In this document: in pieces, positions 40,251 to 52,899 of the stretch | Numbering within the stretch: the first letter of the stretch is position 1 | How the letters are laid out: each line of letters begins with the position of its first letter | Assembly (NCBI RefSeq): GCF_006345805.1 | Contig: NC_043001.1 | Coordinates: forward strand, 68,820,001 to 68,884,000 | From: Octopus sinensis | Lineage: Eukaryota | DNA: 64,000 nucleotides | Direction: 5' to 3' | Notes under the pieces: model-generated | Database searches by the model: none | What the model was told of the DNA's origin: nothing | What the model saw: only the letters and a program-made list of their open reading frames with translations | Position numbers and translations under genes: made by a program

Positions 40251-41410
40251 GGTCAGTGTGCGGCCGGCTTTACAAATTTTTTTTATTAAACTTTTATTTT
40301 TTTATGGTTTTTCAGAATAAATGCATTTCTTTTTAACCCGTAATTATGTCAAAAAGATTAAAACGAACTTTGAAAGTAGAAAACATGATCTTCACTGGAG
40401 AATGGAAAGTGCAATATTTTTTAGTAAATAGTGGGAGTAAAATGTCTTGCTTGTTATCAGATCCAAAATTTTACAGAGATGTTGCATTTTTATGTGATGT
40501 GATGTCAAAACAAAATTAGTGTAAAATTTCGTTGCAAGATGAAAATAAATGTATTGATGATACGTGGCAAATATTTGGTAATTTAAGAAAAAAATTGTTT
40601 TCGAGTTCCTTGCGGCTCAAACACAACTTTCAGAATACTTTCCTAGTGAAAATGAAGAACATATCTATGAATCTTTTGAAGAATACGAGTCAGTTTTAGA
40701 CTCATTAAAAGAAGAATATAAGAAAAATTTAATGATTTTGAAAAACATAACTTCACTCTGAAACTTGCATTTCAGCCTCACTCAGTTGGTGTATCACCCG
40801 AAGTGTTACAAAAAGAGCTTATTGAAATGTCTGAAGATAATATCCTTAAATCCCTGTTTGACAAGAGGGAAAATCCCATCGAAATTTGGAAAAATGCGGT
40901 AGGATATTCTCGTTTTCGGGAACATGCACGTCGACTAATTTCCAGCTTTTCTTCAACATACAGTTGTGAATTCACATTCTCGTACTTGACGCGAGTAAAA
41001 AATTCACTGAGAACGCAATTGACAGTTGATCATTTGGGGGAACAATTGAAACTAAGAACGTCTATGATATCAAAACGCTTTCTGAAAAAGAAAAAAAACA
41101 GTAAATTCAAAGAAGTCATTTATTTGTAAAAAGTACCTACTTGTCTAAATTAAATATTTGAAAATGTCTTGCTTTCGATACTATTCATTTATATATTATT
41201 TGTATAAAAGTACCTATTTAAATAAAATATTTGAAAAGCCATATTTTCGATTTCTGCACATTTGTCTTCCATTTATTAGATTACTAGTGAATTACTTAAG
41301 CGATAAAATAACTAAAAAAGAAAATGAAAAATAATTTGTACAATGCGGCCTCTATGAGGGATGATGTATTGTATGGTGGTCTTCTTGTACAAAAAGGTTC
41401 CCCATCCCTG
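40251..41410 (+). mobile_element. Internally deleted hAT transposon (SPIN/GTF2IRD2-like transposase)
   Basis: EWKVQYFL...CLL N-terminus fused to VAFLCDV and FSSTYSCEFTFS...KNSLRTQLT (hAT dimerisation domain). 3' end ...ggttccccatccctg. Confidence 0.85.
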
Positions 41411-41734
41411 CCCTAGAGTATTCCAGCAACGGACTACTCAAAGTAACGCGTGCTTTGGAGCTGTCCTTAAGCACTAAATACTCGTAGGGTTGGTATTCTC
41501 TGTGTACACAACCGGAATATTTGATACTTTTAGAAAGCTAAAAAAATTCAAATACATGCAATTAGATATAGATAGCGACTAATCCACGATTAATCCTATA
41601 GTACTAAATAAAGCTCTTATATTGGCAATGAAAATCTCTAGTTTATTTAGGACAGACGTGGACAGAATTTTAACAGTTGGTCAAACTGTCATTAGTTACG
41701 ATAAAAAATTATGAATGAGATCAGAGAGGGCTAA

Positions 41735-43342
41735 TTCATTTGATATCATAATGGGATCGAGTGACTCTGCTCAGGTAACGGATATCGTTGGAATCTTCCT
41801 CATATTCCAGATCAAATCCGAATTCCCACAGATAACGGGGAGTCTGTTCAGGGATGATGCTCTTTTCTGAATGACAAACTGTACAGAAATAGAGATAGAA
41901 AGATATAGAAAAGAGCTCCATAACTTTAAAAAAGTTTCGGTTTCGGCCTTTCTATAACTATAGACTATAACCACTGTAAGGGAAACGTTCTAGATGCGAA
42001 TTTTAATTTGGAAAGTGGCCTCTATATACCATACCACAAGCCAAATGAGTGCTTAAGAGACATAAATGTAAATTCCAATCATCTACCATCCGTAACCAAA
42101 GGAATAATTAGGAACATAGTCACTAGAATATCAAGATTATCAGCCACAGAGGAAACATTCAACCAAAATGCAACATACTACAAAGAGGCGCTACCTAGGG
42201 CGGGATATAAATGAAAATCAAATTTGAAAATAACGACACCACAAATAACAATAACACAAACGCAAATAAGGTAGAATACACACAAAACACGTATGACATA
42301 AACAAACGAATAACAAAAAAAAAAAAGAGAAAACATGAGGAACAACAGAAAGATAGGAGGAAGACAGATATAACCGGAAAGAATAGAAATAATTGGAATA
42401 TAGACGCACACAATCGTAAAAATATGCAAAATAGGAAGAAGAAACCAAACAAAAGGTACAAAAATTCGGAAGCCCTATGGTATACTCCAATTTTTGGACT
42501 TCAAATGTCGTCTAAGATAGGTAAGCAATTCATTGCAGCATTAAATAGATACTTCCCTAAAACACATACTACCGTTTATTCAGCAAGTAAATAGTAAAAA
42601 TATCATACGCAACGTCTTACAACATGGAGTACTACATACATGGATACAACAGAAAAGTAAACATACAAACAACGTCTGCTGGCAAAGAACAAACTAATAA
42701 AACATCTGAGGCCAATAAGAAAAATAAAAAAAACTCAGATAACGTACAAGACGATGGCAATAAGATTAAAACGAATCATCAAAAACGATCCGCTAAAAAA
42801 TATTGCCGATTCCAGAGTGCTTCAGACACTAACAATCAAACGTATTATCATGAAAACAGAATCAAAATGTCACCAGATAAATATAAAAATAATAATAGTA
42901 CAAATAACTGCACAAACTGTAGAAAATCTGCTTGTCCGCTCATGAATGATTGTATCCCCCCCCAAAAAAAAATACATTCTATACAAATGCACTATCTCCA
43001 CATCCCAACATAAACACGCAAATATAGGTGCGTCGGAAAACCAATTAAAATCCATTATTACAACCACATCTCGTCATTCCAAAAAATAAACAAACGACAC
43101 GGAACTTCACGGGTAGACCTAATATGGAAACTGAAGGAATCAAAAATTAAATACAAAATGAAATGGTCAATAATAAAAATGCACAGGCATGTAATTCGCC
43201 ATCCGGCGAATATGACCTTTGCCTTGAGGGAGCATTACGTATACTACTGAGTAAGGAGAATCTGGTAAACAAGCATGATGAGAAAATTCCAAGGTGTAGC
43301 CACCGCGCTAAATATGCATTTTCAAGATGGGGCAGTGTATAA
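41735..43342 (+). mobile_element. Degenerate Penelope-like element, RT C-terminal part plus C-terminal GIY-YIG
   Basis: FDIIMGSSDSAQV, LFRDDAL, YIPYHKPN, NSNHLP, CRKSACPL, ILYKC..NIG, IWKLKE, WSII, DLCLE and CSHRAK motifs. Confidence 0.9.
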
Positions 43343-43476
43343 AAATAATAATTATTATTCAGTTTTCCCACCTCCCATCCCTTCCATCCCATATGTATAT
43401 ATATTGGACTGCTCAAAATATAAATAAGTACATATATGTAAATAAATGTATATGCATGTATGTATGAGTATGATCG

Positions 43477-43538
<62 letters not shown>

Positions 43539-43689
43539 GCAAGGCTGTGTGTCTCTGAACCAACGAATATTGAAAGTCGGGTAATAAAATGAGGAACAAA
43601 ATAAACAGTCAATACAGCCAATACTACTCATAGCAGGCACGCTGAAGCATGTTGACAGCAAGCGGAATGAAAGTGTCAGCGGCTATTAA

Positions 43690-44030
43690 ATTCAAACAAG
43701 GTAGATGGATGTGTTAGCATCGGCGTCAAAAGTTTTTATAAATAACCGGGAGGGCAATTGGATATCACCTGAAGAAATATAATTGGATCCCATTATAGAG
43801 GTAAATCGCTGAATAATCAGATTCCTGTATATATTAAGAACAATGTTGTATGAAATATGTGTTTTGATTAAAAAATAACTATCCAACCATACTTCTCGTT
43901 GGCTCTATCTTATTCAATTATATATATTAAATTATTAATATGGAAGTCGGAGTGTAACTAGGAGCATTTATTAGCACAATAATTGTTTCGGCTTCATCCT
44001 GCATTGCTCTATAGTGTGAGTTATCAGATT
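43690..44030 (-). mobile_element. Possible PLE 5' fragment
   Basis: Weak LNK...LFFNQ similarity to PLE ORF starts, preceded by a decayed HHR-like GAAACAATTATTGT. Confidence 0.3.
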
Positions 44031-44707
44031 CACGTTCCATTTTCGCTTCCAGACGCATTTGGTAAAGTGAAGTTGTGGTTAGGAAGAAAATTAAAAAAAT
44101 GAAAACAAAATGTCTCCAGAGACAGTCACACATACATACGTATACGTGTACACGCACGTCCGTATAAATTCACACACATATGCACCCAACCGCACGCACA
44201 CATATATGCACATACATATCGACAGATATCGGTCATCCTGTCAATAGGCACATTCACTCACTCACGTACAAATGAATCTATATACACGTCTACCTTCCAT
44301 CCTGCATTTTTCTTGTGCCTATATAGGGGTGTATGCAGATTTATTTGTACGCGTGTGTGGGTATGTACGAGTGTGCGGGTATGTATGTATATAGATGTGT
44401 GCGTGTGTGCGGGCATAAGAATATATTTATAGAGACGTTTTTACTCAGTATTTTTACAATTTTTCCTGTTCTTTTCCTTAACCCTGTCTTTTCTTGTGCT
44501 TGTGCATATGTAAACGTATGTATGAACTTTTACGGTGCGAGAGTGGGTGTATGAGTTAGTATATATATGCATATACATTTGGCGACAAAATGCGAGTGAA
44601 GACTTTTACGTTTTCATAGTGATATATATACGTACGCATGTGGGTGCGCGAGCTCACATATATCCGTATGAACAGGCACGCTTACGTGTTTACTATGAAC
44701 TTCTAAC

Positions 44708-44990
44708 CTTATCTTAATTAGCGGTCATTCGAATTAGCACTTTTGTATAAGTAGCGGACTATAACACAGTAATTTCCCTTTGAATAACGGTCTTTTTTCA
44801 TAGCGTTTTTCAAATGGCCAGATAACCGACGAGATGGTGGTGTAGATTTCCACCTCGGCATTCCGAAACTCAGAGTTTTATCTTGGCGACTGAATAATTG
44901 TCATATATTATTATACAGATAAATTTCCTCTATTTACATAATATTGAGGTCTCTTTCTTTCTTTGGTTATCTTACCGTTTTTACCAATAT
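44708..44990 (+). mobile_element. Family A HHR-bearing repeat, about 285 nt
   Basis: Homologous to 80-350, ends in a (TA)-rich tract. Confidence 0.75.
44817..44887 (+). ncRNA. Type I HHR-like fold with U4C core and GUU site (family A)
   Basis: gccagataa-CCGACGA-gatg..cattcc-GAA-ACTCAGAGT-T-ttatcttggc. 9-bp stem I with one bulge. Confidence 0.55.
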
Positions 44991-45020
44991 ATATATGTAT
45001 ATATATTGATATATATATAT

Positions 45021-45181
45021 AGGCGCAGGAGTAGCTGTGTGCTAAGTAGCTTGCTTACCAACCACATGGTTCCGGGTTCAATCACACTCCGTGGCACTTT
45101 GGGCAAATGTCTTCTACTATAGTCTCGGGCCGACCAAAGCCTTGAGTGGATTTGGTAAGCGGAAACTGAAAGAAGACCGTC

Positions 45182-45183
<2 letters not shown>
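45021..45183 (+). mobile_element. tRNA-derived SINE (family D)
   Basis: aggcgcaggagtagctgtg head, ggttcaatc B-box, (TA)n tail. Other copies at about 37400-37530 (-) and 46480-46620 (+). Confidence 0.85.
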
Positions 45184-45225
<42 letters not shown>

Positions 45226-45282
45226 TTGTTTTTGTTTTTGTTTTTCCAGCTCTTGAGCTGTGGCTATGCTGGGGCACCGCCA

Positions 45283-45447
45283 TTGTGGTGAAAGAGTACA
45301 GCAGGGATCACCACCCCCTGCCGGAGCCTCGTAGAGCTTTTAGGTGCTTTCGCTCAATAAACACACACAACGCCCGGTCTGAGAATCGAAACCGCGATCC
45401 TGCGACCGCGAGTCCGCTGCCCTAACCACTAGGCCATTGCGCCTCTA
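45283..45447 (-). mobile_element. tRNA-derived SINE (family E)
   Basis: Minus strand ggcgcaatggcctagtggttag...ggtttcgattct, with tRNA A and B boxes. Confidence 0.75.
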
Positions 45448-45603
45448 CTTATCTTAATTAGCGGTCATTCGAATTAGCACTTTTGTATAAGTAGCGGACT
45501 ATAACACAGTAATTTCCCTTTGAATAACGGTCTTTTTTCATAGCGTTTTTCAAATGGCCAGATAACCGACGAGATGGTGGTGTAGATTTCCACCTCGGCA
45601 TTC
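45448..45603 (+). repeat. Exact 156-bp direct copy of 44708-44863
   Basis: Identical by eye. Truncated inside the HHR before GAAA. Confidence 0.9.
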
Positions 45604-45745
45604 GGTAATATATAAACATTAAACAAACAACTTAAATATGTTTAATTACAATTTAAATATATTATCGAAGAACCACTGTTCAGGTAGGAACCTTCCTCGC
45701 TTGACTGCTCTTAACACGTCTTTCCTCGCAGACTTTTCAAAGACT

Positions 45746-45759
45746 GTTACTATGGCAAC
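45746..45759. promoter_or_regulatory. RFX X-box motif with nearby CCAAT box
   Basis: GTTACTATGGCAAC fits GTNRCY-N0-3-RGYAAC. ATTGG at 45828-45832. The surrounding sequence does not match the repeats seen here. Confidence 0.5.
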
Positions 45760-46620
45760 AGTCAGAAGCGTTCTCATGTTTCCGCTTACTACTATCGAAA
45801 CGGACATAAATGTGTTTGTGGCTTACGATTGGTTAAGATGACCAAAATTTTCAAACTTTAATTACTAATAACTCTTTATTGGTTTCTAGCAAAAATTACT
45901 TTCACGTCGTTAATTAGCCTATAAAAGTGTATCATTATACTGTATATGAAATCATTTCGAACAGAAAATTGACGCTGGTAGCCGCTAGCAAGCAAACAGA
46001 AAATATACCGCTCCACACCCACAAGGGATCAGTGCAGAATGAAACCGAGAGATTGTTGTGCTAATAAGTGCTTCTAGTCACACTCCGTCTTCCGTATAAA
46101 TAATTTAAAACATAGCCTCGAGATTCCGGACGTAGATCCAAGGGCAAACGCACAGTGTCGCTGATGACGCCTGAAAGCCATAAGCTGTGAACATGCTCTG
46201 CAGGCACACTACCTGGGAGTTACCTTGAAACAAGTTTTGGATACTATATTTAATGCCTATATTCCAAACTTTAATTCTTTAATTATAGACTTTAACGTTA
46301 TCGAAAAACAAAACCGATATAAGTACGAGACTTGAGAAAAAGAAAACTATGGGAGATGATTTGTTCGAGTAAAAGCCGTGAATTTGGTTCTACATTGTGG
46401 CCGTAGTCCAGTGAGTGAAACAAGTAAAAAATTAAAAAATGAAAGAATATACATTTATACATACGTACATGCATATATCCGCTTGCTTCCCAATCACATG
46501 GCCACGGGTTCAGTCCAACTGCGTTGCACCTTGTGTCGGTGTCTTCTCATATAGCTACAGGCTAACCAAAACCTTATGATTGCATTTGGTCGACGGAAAC
46601 TGAAAGAAGCCCGTCACATG

Positions 46621-46656
<36 letters not shown>

Positions 46657-47304
46657 GTACAAAGTGAGATAAGGGTTATGAGTGTAACCCACTATGGGAT
46701 ATCATTTATCCAATATACTGCCAGTAAAGTACCCAAAACGCTAATACATAAACGCTTACAATTACAATGCAATTAGTTCATTTATTGTATTATATGGGCG
46801 AAGGTAAAATGTTTTACCTCAAATTCATAATACAAAATAAGAAAATGGAGGAATAGATTCCTTTCAATCATCAACTTCCAGATAATACCAATTGTGTATG
46901 TGCTGATAATATTAAATGTGTATGTGCTGTTGAAGTTGTGTATGTGTGTATACATATGGATGTGTATTTATGTCTATTTAAGGAGTGTGTTTGTATGCAT
47001 GTGGATATATATGTATATCTATTCTAGTAGGGTGTATGTATGTATTTGAATGTATGTATACATGTATATATGTATATATGTGTGTGCATGTATAAGTATA
47101 TATTTATATATATATGTATGCATGTATGTATATGTATATGTATGTATATATATATATCTGTTACTTATATGTATGCATACTTATGTGTAGGTATATGGGT
47201 ATATAAGTACATATGTATGCGTGTATGTATGAATGTTTTTGTCTGTGAATATATGAGTATTTGTTTGTATATTGTATATGTATATTATGCATATATGTGG
47301 CTGT

Positions 47305-48307
47305 ATGTATGTATGTGTGTATTTATGTGCTTATGTTTATCTATGTGTACGTGTGTATGTGCGCATATATGTACGTATGTGTACTTTAACCAACCAACCG
47401 TAACTAAGACAATGAAATTCAAATGTGCCAACCACTTGAATTGAGCTTGAGATTGTAAATAATCTCTCACCGTTACGCATATCACTCACTTTTGATTTTC
47501 GTTGCATTTTACAGGTTTATTAGTATTGGGTGGACTGTATATTTGTTTGTTTAGTTTTAACTAAGTATGTGGTCAATCTCGATTTTGGTTTTGATCTAAC
47601 ATTTTTTTAATTACGAGGATATAAATTATATTACCTTTCATCAATAATAAATTACCTATTATGTTTAGGGGTACATAGATATGATAATGAATACACTCGG
47701 ATTCATATTTCATCAATAATAAATACCTATTATGTTTAGGGGTACATAGATATGATAATGAATACACTCGGATTCATATTAAATAACCACCTTATATTAG
47801 TAAATGGATGTTTAAATGATTGGATAGGTATTAATACTGAATTATAATATGAATAGTTCGTAATTGAGTTAAGTAATAAAAACGGTATATCTTCAAAACA
47901 TCAAATAATAAACTCAAACTAGTAGATAATGATATATGGTCAGATACAGAATATATTGTTTTTATTACGGTATTTTATACAACTTAAATTTTGCAACGAG
48001 TTTAAATAGAGAGGTTAAGTTGATTGTTTGGATTCGCATTACAGTAACGGTTTATTTACACGGTGAATTTTGATTTCTGTATCTTCCGTAAATTTCTTAC
48101 TATTTCTATACCTTAAATATTGTCAAATGTGTTTTGCATAGTTTCTTTTGTCTAAATATTTTCCAACCTTTGCCAAATATTAATCCTAACGTTTATTACC
48201 CTTTTTAGGCCATTTTAAAATATTTACCCTTTTAGGCCATTTTTACACATTAGTTTTCACTTTTAATGGTTTATAATATTATTTTTTTAGTTATTGGTAT
48301 GTATGTG

Positions 48308-48384
<77 letters not shown>

Positions 48385-49042
48385 GTACCAAATACATGCA
48401 CATGCATATACATACATGCGCAAAAACATCCATTAATACATATACATATATAAAGAGATTTTATCCTTTTACATCATACAAAAGATATATGCATGTACAT
48501 ACATAGAGTTCGCAAATCAAAAGGTGAGTGATATGTCGTAACGGGGTGAGAGATTATTTACAATCTCAAGCTCAATTCAAGTGGTTGGCACATTTGAATT
48601 TCATTGTCTTAGTTACGGTTGGTTGGTTAAAATACACATACGTACATATATGCGCACATACACACGTACACAAAGATAAACATAAGCACATAAATACACA
48701 CATACATACATACATACATACATACATACATACATACATACATACATACATACATACATACATGCATACATACATACATATGTATATATCTATATACATA
48801 CATATATACATATGAAATTCAAATGTGCTAACCACTTGAACTGAGCTTGAGATTGTAAATAATCTCTCACCCCGTTACGACATATTACTCACCTATTGAT
48901 TTGCGAACTCTATGTATGTAAATGCATATATCTTTTGTATGATGTAAAAGGATAAAAATCTCTTTATATAAGTATATGTATTAATGGATGTTTTTGCGCA
49001 TGTATGTATATGCATGTGCATATATTTGGTACCTGTGTGTAT
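47305..49042. repeat. Direct/inverted triplication
   Basis: 47305-47497 is inverted at 48524-48716. 48372-48603 is inverted at 48810-49042. Confidence 0.85.
47637..47780. repeat. Tandem duplication of an about 72-bp unit
   Basis: ttcatcaataat...ggattcatat occurs twice, nearly identical. Confidence 0.9.
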
Positions 49043-49632
49043 ATATATGTATGCAGATTTAGACTAAAGTTTCGATTTTCGCCGTATGATATATGAATAT
49101 AATGACATTGTATATTGTATTGCATTATTTTATTTTATTGAATTAATATACTGGCATCTCCCATATGCATCTGTCTATATATTATGGTATACTATATTAC
49201 ATACTGTATATGTAATATGTAATATAATATATTATATTATATTATGTTGTGGTACACTGTATTATATTATACTATATTTTATGTGGTATTTTCCATCTAC
49301 AATGTATTGTGAATAGCAGAATGCACATATTCATTTATTGGTATTATTATTAATAATAATATTAATATTAATAGTTTTTAGTAATGTAATGCAATGAACT
49401 TTGGACTTTGTATATGTACCCTTTGATGTATATATATTTGATTAACTGTAACCTTATGTGTATGTATATTATTATGTATATACTTATATATATGTATGTG
49501 TAGGTGTATATACAGTTATATATATATATATGTATATATGTATATATGCATATCCTTGTATATGTGTACCTTGTTTAATATTTATATTTCCATTTTATAT
49601 CTTCATTTTATATCTTCATAATTGTACTTTAT

Positions 49633-49650
49633 AATCTCTGACGAGGCCTT

Positions 49651-49692
<42 letters not shown>

Positions 49693-49775
49693 TAACTCAC
49701 TTTTAACTGCATATTACCTCAATACATCTGACTAATATGGGCATAATGAGATACCCTTGAAACAGCCGTAAGATT
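49633..49775 (+). ncRNA. Type I HHR with intact core and a (TA)n-expanded stem II loop
   Basis: aatct-CTGACGA-gg...cctt-GAA-ACAGCCGT-A-agatt. Stem II is weak. Confidence 0.5.
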
Positions 49776-49956
49776 CATTTTATACGTTTTATTTCTATGG
49801 TACTATCTTACTTATTGATGTATATTGTTTTACTCTGTCTTATTCTGTTGGATTTGTATGTTCCTATTAAATTTAATTAATTAGTTAATAAATTATATGA
49901 ATTAGTATTATCTGGAAGTTGATGATTGAAAGGAATCTATTCCTCCATTTTCTTAT

Positions 49957-50026
<70 letters not shown>

Positions 50027-51939
50027 TTTGTTCCCTCTTCATTGCTTGTCAATGGTGTGTTTACGCCCCCGTAATGTCATGGTTCTGCAAAACAGACCGA
50101 TAGAATAAGAAGTAGGTTTTTAAAAGATAAGCTTTGGGGTCGATTGTGCTCCAGCATGACTGCAGTAAAATGACTGAATTAAAAGTATAAAAGAATATGT
50201 ATGACATCTGCTCTCTGGAGTTGTTCGATACCTTGATATCACTCCAATGTGTACTCACCTGCATAACACTTCTGTGTCATTCATTAATTTATATCCACCC
50301 ACTAGACCCTGTACAAACCATTTTGACTAACTTTTCTTCACCATAGTTTCTTGCAGCTGTCGACATGTAACATTCCGTCGCTATCAACCTCGTTAATCTC
50401 ATGTCGGTTCTGGAGGCTCTGCAAAGGAGATGGTCTCCGCATCTTATAACAGACAACAGTAATAACAAAAAACCCCAGAGAATATGGCACATTTAACACA
50501 CTTCTATCTTTTACACGACCACCTCGTCCTTTGACACTCCTAACAGAGTTTACAGGTGCAAGGATTCCTGCTTGTTCATTTATTTTTGGTAGTTAATTTA
50601 CCTGAAGTAGATGAGCGCGTCGCTTGGTGTTTAGGGTGTTGAACGTCTGATTGTATGATTGCGGTTTTGATTTCTGGACCAGGCGATGCGTTGTATTCTT
50701 GAGCAAAATACTTTTAAGCCCACTCAGATGGCGAAGATGATTATTCTTGTGACGGACCAGCGTTTAGTCCTGAGGAGGGGAGTATATACGCCAGAGAATC
50801 TGGGAAGACCAGTCCTATAAATATATATGGCTCTGGAATGAGCTTTATTCTTTTACTTTATCTGAAGAGGTTGAGGGGTCAGGTGTTTCAATGCTACGGT
50901 TCTGGAAGTAGCTACATTGTTATCATCTCTGGTCCTCTATCCTGCTTTAACTTAACAATATACACTATAACAATAGGGATTTTCAACGTTGAAATGTTTG
51001 TAGAGGTGCTTGCAATAAATTCAGTATGCTTTAATAGCAGGAAGCTCATTAGAGTGCTGATTATATTTGATAGCTACCATAGTTTTGTCACATTTAAAGC
51101 AAATTTGCAATTGCGATGGAACTGAAGCATTATGAATTCTTTTAGGCAATGCATAACAGCGGAGATTTTCATTCCTACTTCCATTGTGACCCGACACGAG
51201 TGAAATTTCAAGTTATTAAAAAGTAATTATTTTTGTAAAATTTGAACTGTCCTTGTTTGTACTTCAGAAAATTTATTGTAAACAGTAACTAAAAACATGC
51301 AAACAAATAAACATATTTCGTCTGTTAAAAAATTGAAATTCTCTATGCACAGAATTAATTGTGTTTTATGTTAATTTATTGAATGGTTCAAGTTATAAAC
51401 CATGTAATACAAAATAAATTTGCAATGAAATTTTAAGTTATTTTGTGTTTTGTGTAATGAATGTGAATATATTCTTTAAATTTATATTTGTGTTGAGGTT
51501 TTATAATTTGTGACGCTATGTAAGGTTTATAAAAAGTATTTTGTGACGATAAATTTAACAATAATCCTACATAGTTTAAACAGCTTCATTTCAGACGTAA
51601 ACTGAAAATAAAACAATATTTAACACTTCATTTTAAACACCAGATTATATTGTTACTGGGAATTAAATTTATTGTAAATCCTTTCACAATTCAAAAGAAT
51701 CGGTTTAAAATCCTTGCATGCAAGATGAACAAAATAATGATAAAACGTCATGCTTGTTCACATCTTTCGGCACAATCTGCGACTGTAATTCCCCTCTGTG
51801 TGAGTTATGCACCTCAAGAGTAGAACCTAGAAATGATTGAAGAAAAGAATACGAAAAATTGTTTCTTATAATGTACACTACATCAACTACTCGTGTACAC
51901 AACTGGACACACAAGGTTTTACATTGTCATTAGACCTGC

Positions 51940-52899
51940 TAGAAATAGCAAACATGAGGGAGGCCATATCGTCTTGTCACAAAAACCACTGAAATGCTCC
52001 TTGCACCAACACTTTGTCAAATTGGATGTTTAGGCCAGATACCGTCTTGAGTGTAGATGTAACGGTCACCAAAACTTTCTGTGACCCAGGGTAACACTTT
52101 CTCATTCAACATTTCAATATAAATTTCACTGTTGACCTTTACACCAGCATCGATGAAGATCAAAGGAGACTTGAACCCGTCAGATGCAACTGCGGCCGAC
52201 ACCATGGGGAAGCTGGCTGCTGACGGCGTAAACGACTCCTACTATCTTCGGACAAGTATCCTGCATTACGTGCATAAAGCCTGACATTCTGCCCGTTGGT
52301 AACTACCTCCATAGTGAAGATCACGTCGGACCACATCAACACTTTGTTAGCGGCGCGCTTCATCTCTTAGAAACTGCTGAAATCAACTGCTGAGATTGTT
52401 TCTTGCTTGCAGTTAGCTTTAAATCTTCTTTTAAAATTCCGAGCATTGATGATTTCGAAATATCAAGAGCTTTTGCAGTTTTTGTTTTGTTCATTTCTGC
52501 GGGGATTTCAGTTGATTCGCTTCTTCACGGCTTCACCAGTTTGTTTAGTACGAATTTATCTTTTCTTAGATTATTTAGTACGAATCGATCTTTTGGCTTG
52601 CTAGAGGTAGTAGCGGACTCCCTATATCGTTTCCAGTTATTGAACACTGTTTCACGGCACACATTCAGCCGTTTTGTCATGTTCTTTTTGCTCACTCCAG
52701 CTGATTTCAAAACGACAATCAGTTCACGTGTTGCTTTCGACGCCATGTTTCCTTACAAACCTGTTATAGACAAACGAAACAATAGACACATAAACAAATG
52801 ACATATGCAAATCTTTATGTAAAATGTAGATAATATTACTTGAACCGATATTCTTTAGGAAGAGTTTCAAACATGGGTAAATCTTTCTGGGAAACCCTG
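51940..52899 (-). mobile_element. Truncated Tc1/mariner-superfamily transposon
   Basis: Starts CAGGGTTTCCCAG after TA. HTH-like N-terminus, WSDV, GVKVNSEIY, TQDG and WPP motifs. Small internal tandem duplication. Confidence 0.85.

Noticed and set aside
41735-43342. In-frame TGA codons in the PLE as possible selenocysteine recoding
   Set aside because: The copy also has TAA/TAG stops and frameshifts, so ordinary decay explains them. No SECIS was recognised.
43960-44030. Minus-strand CTGATAA...GAAACAATTATTGTG
   Set aside because: GUG site, mutated core and no closing stem II pair. At best a dead relic.
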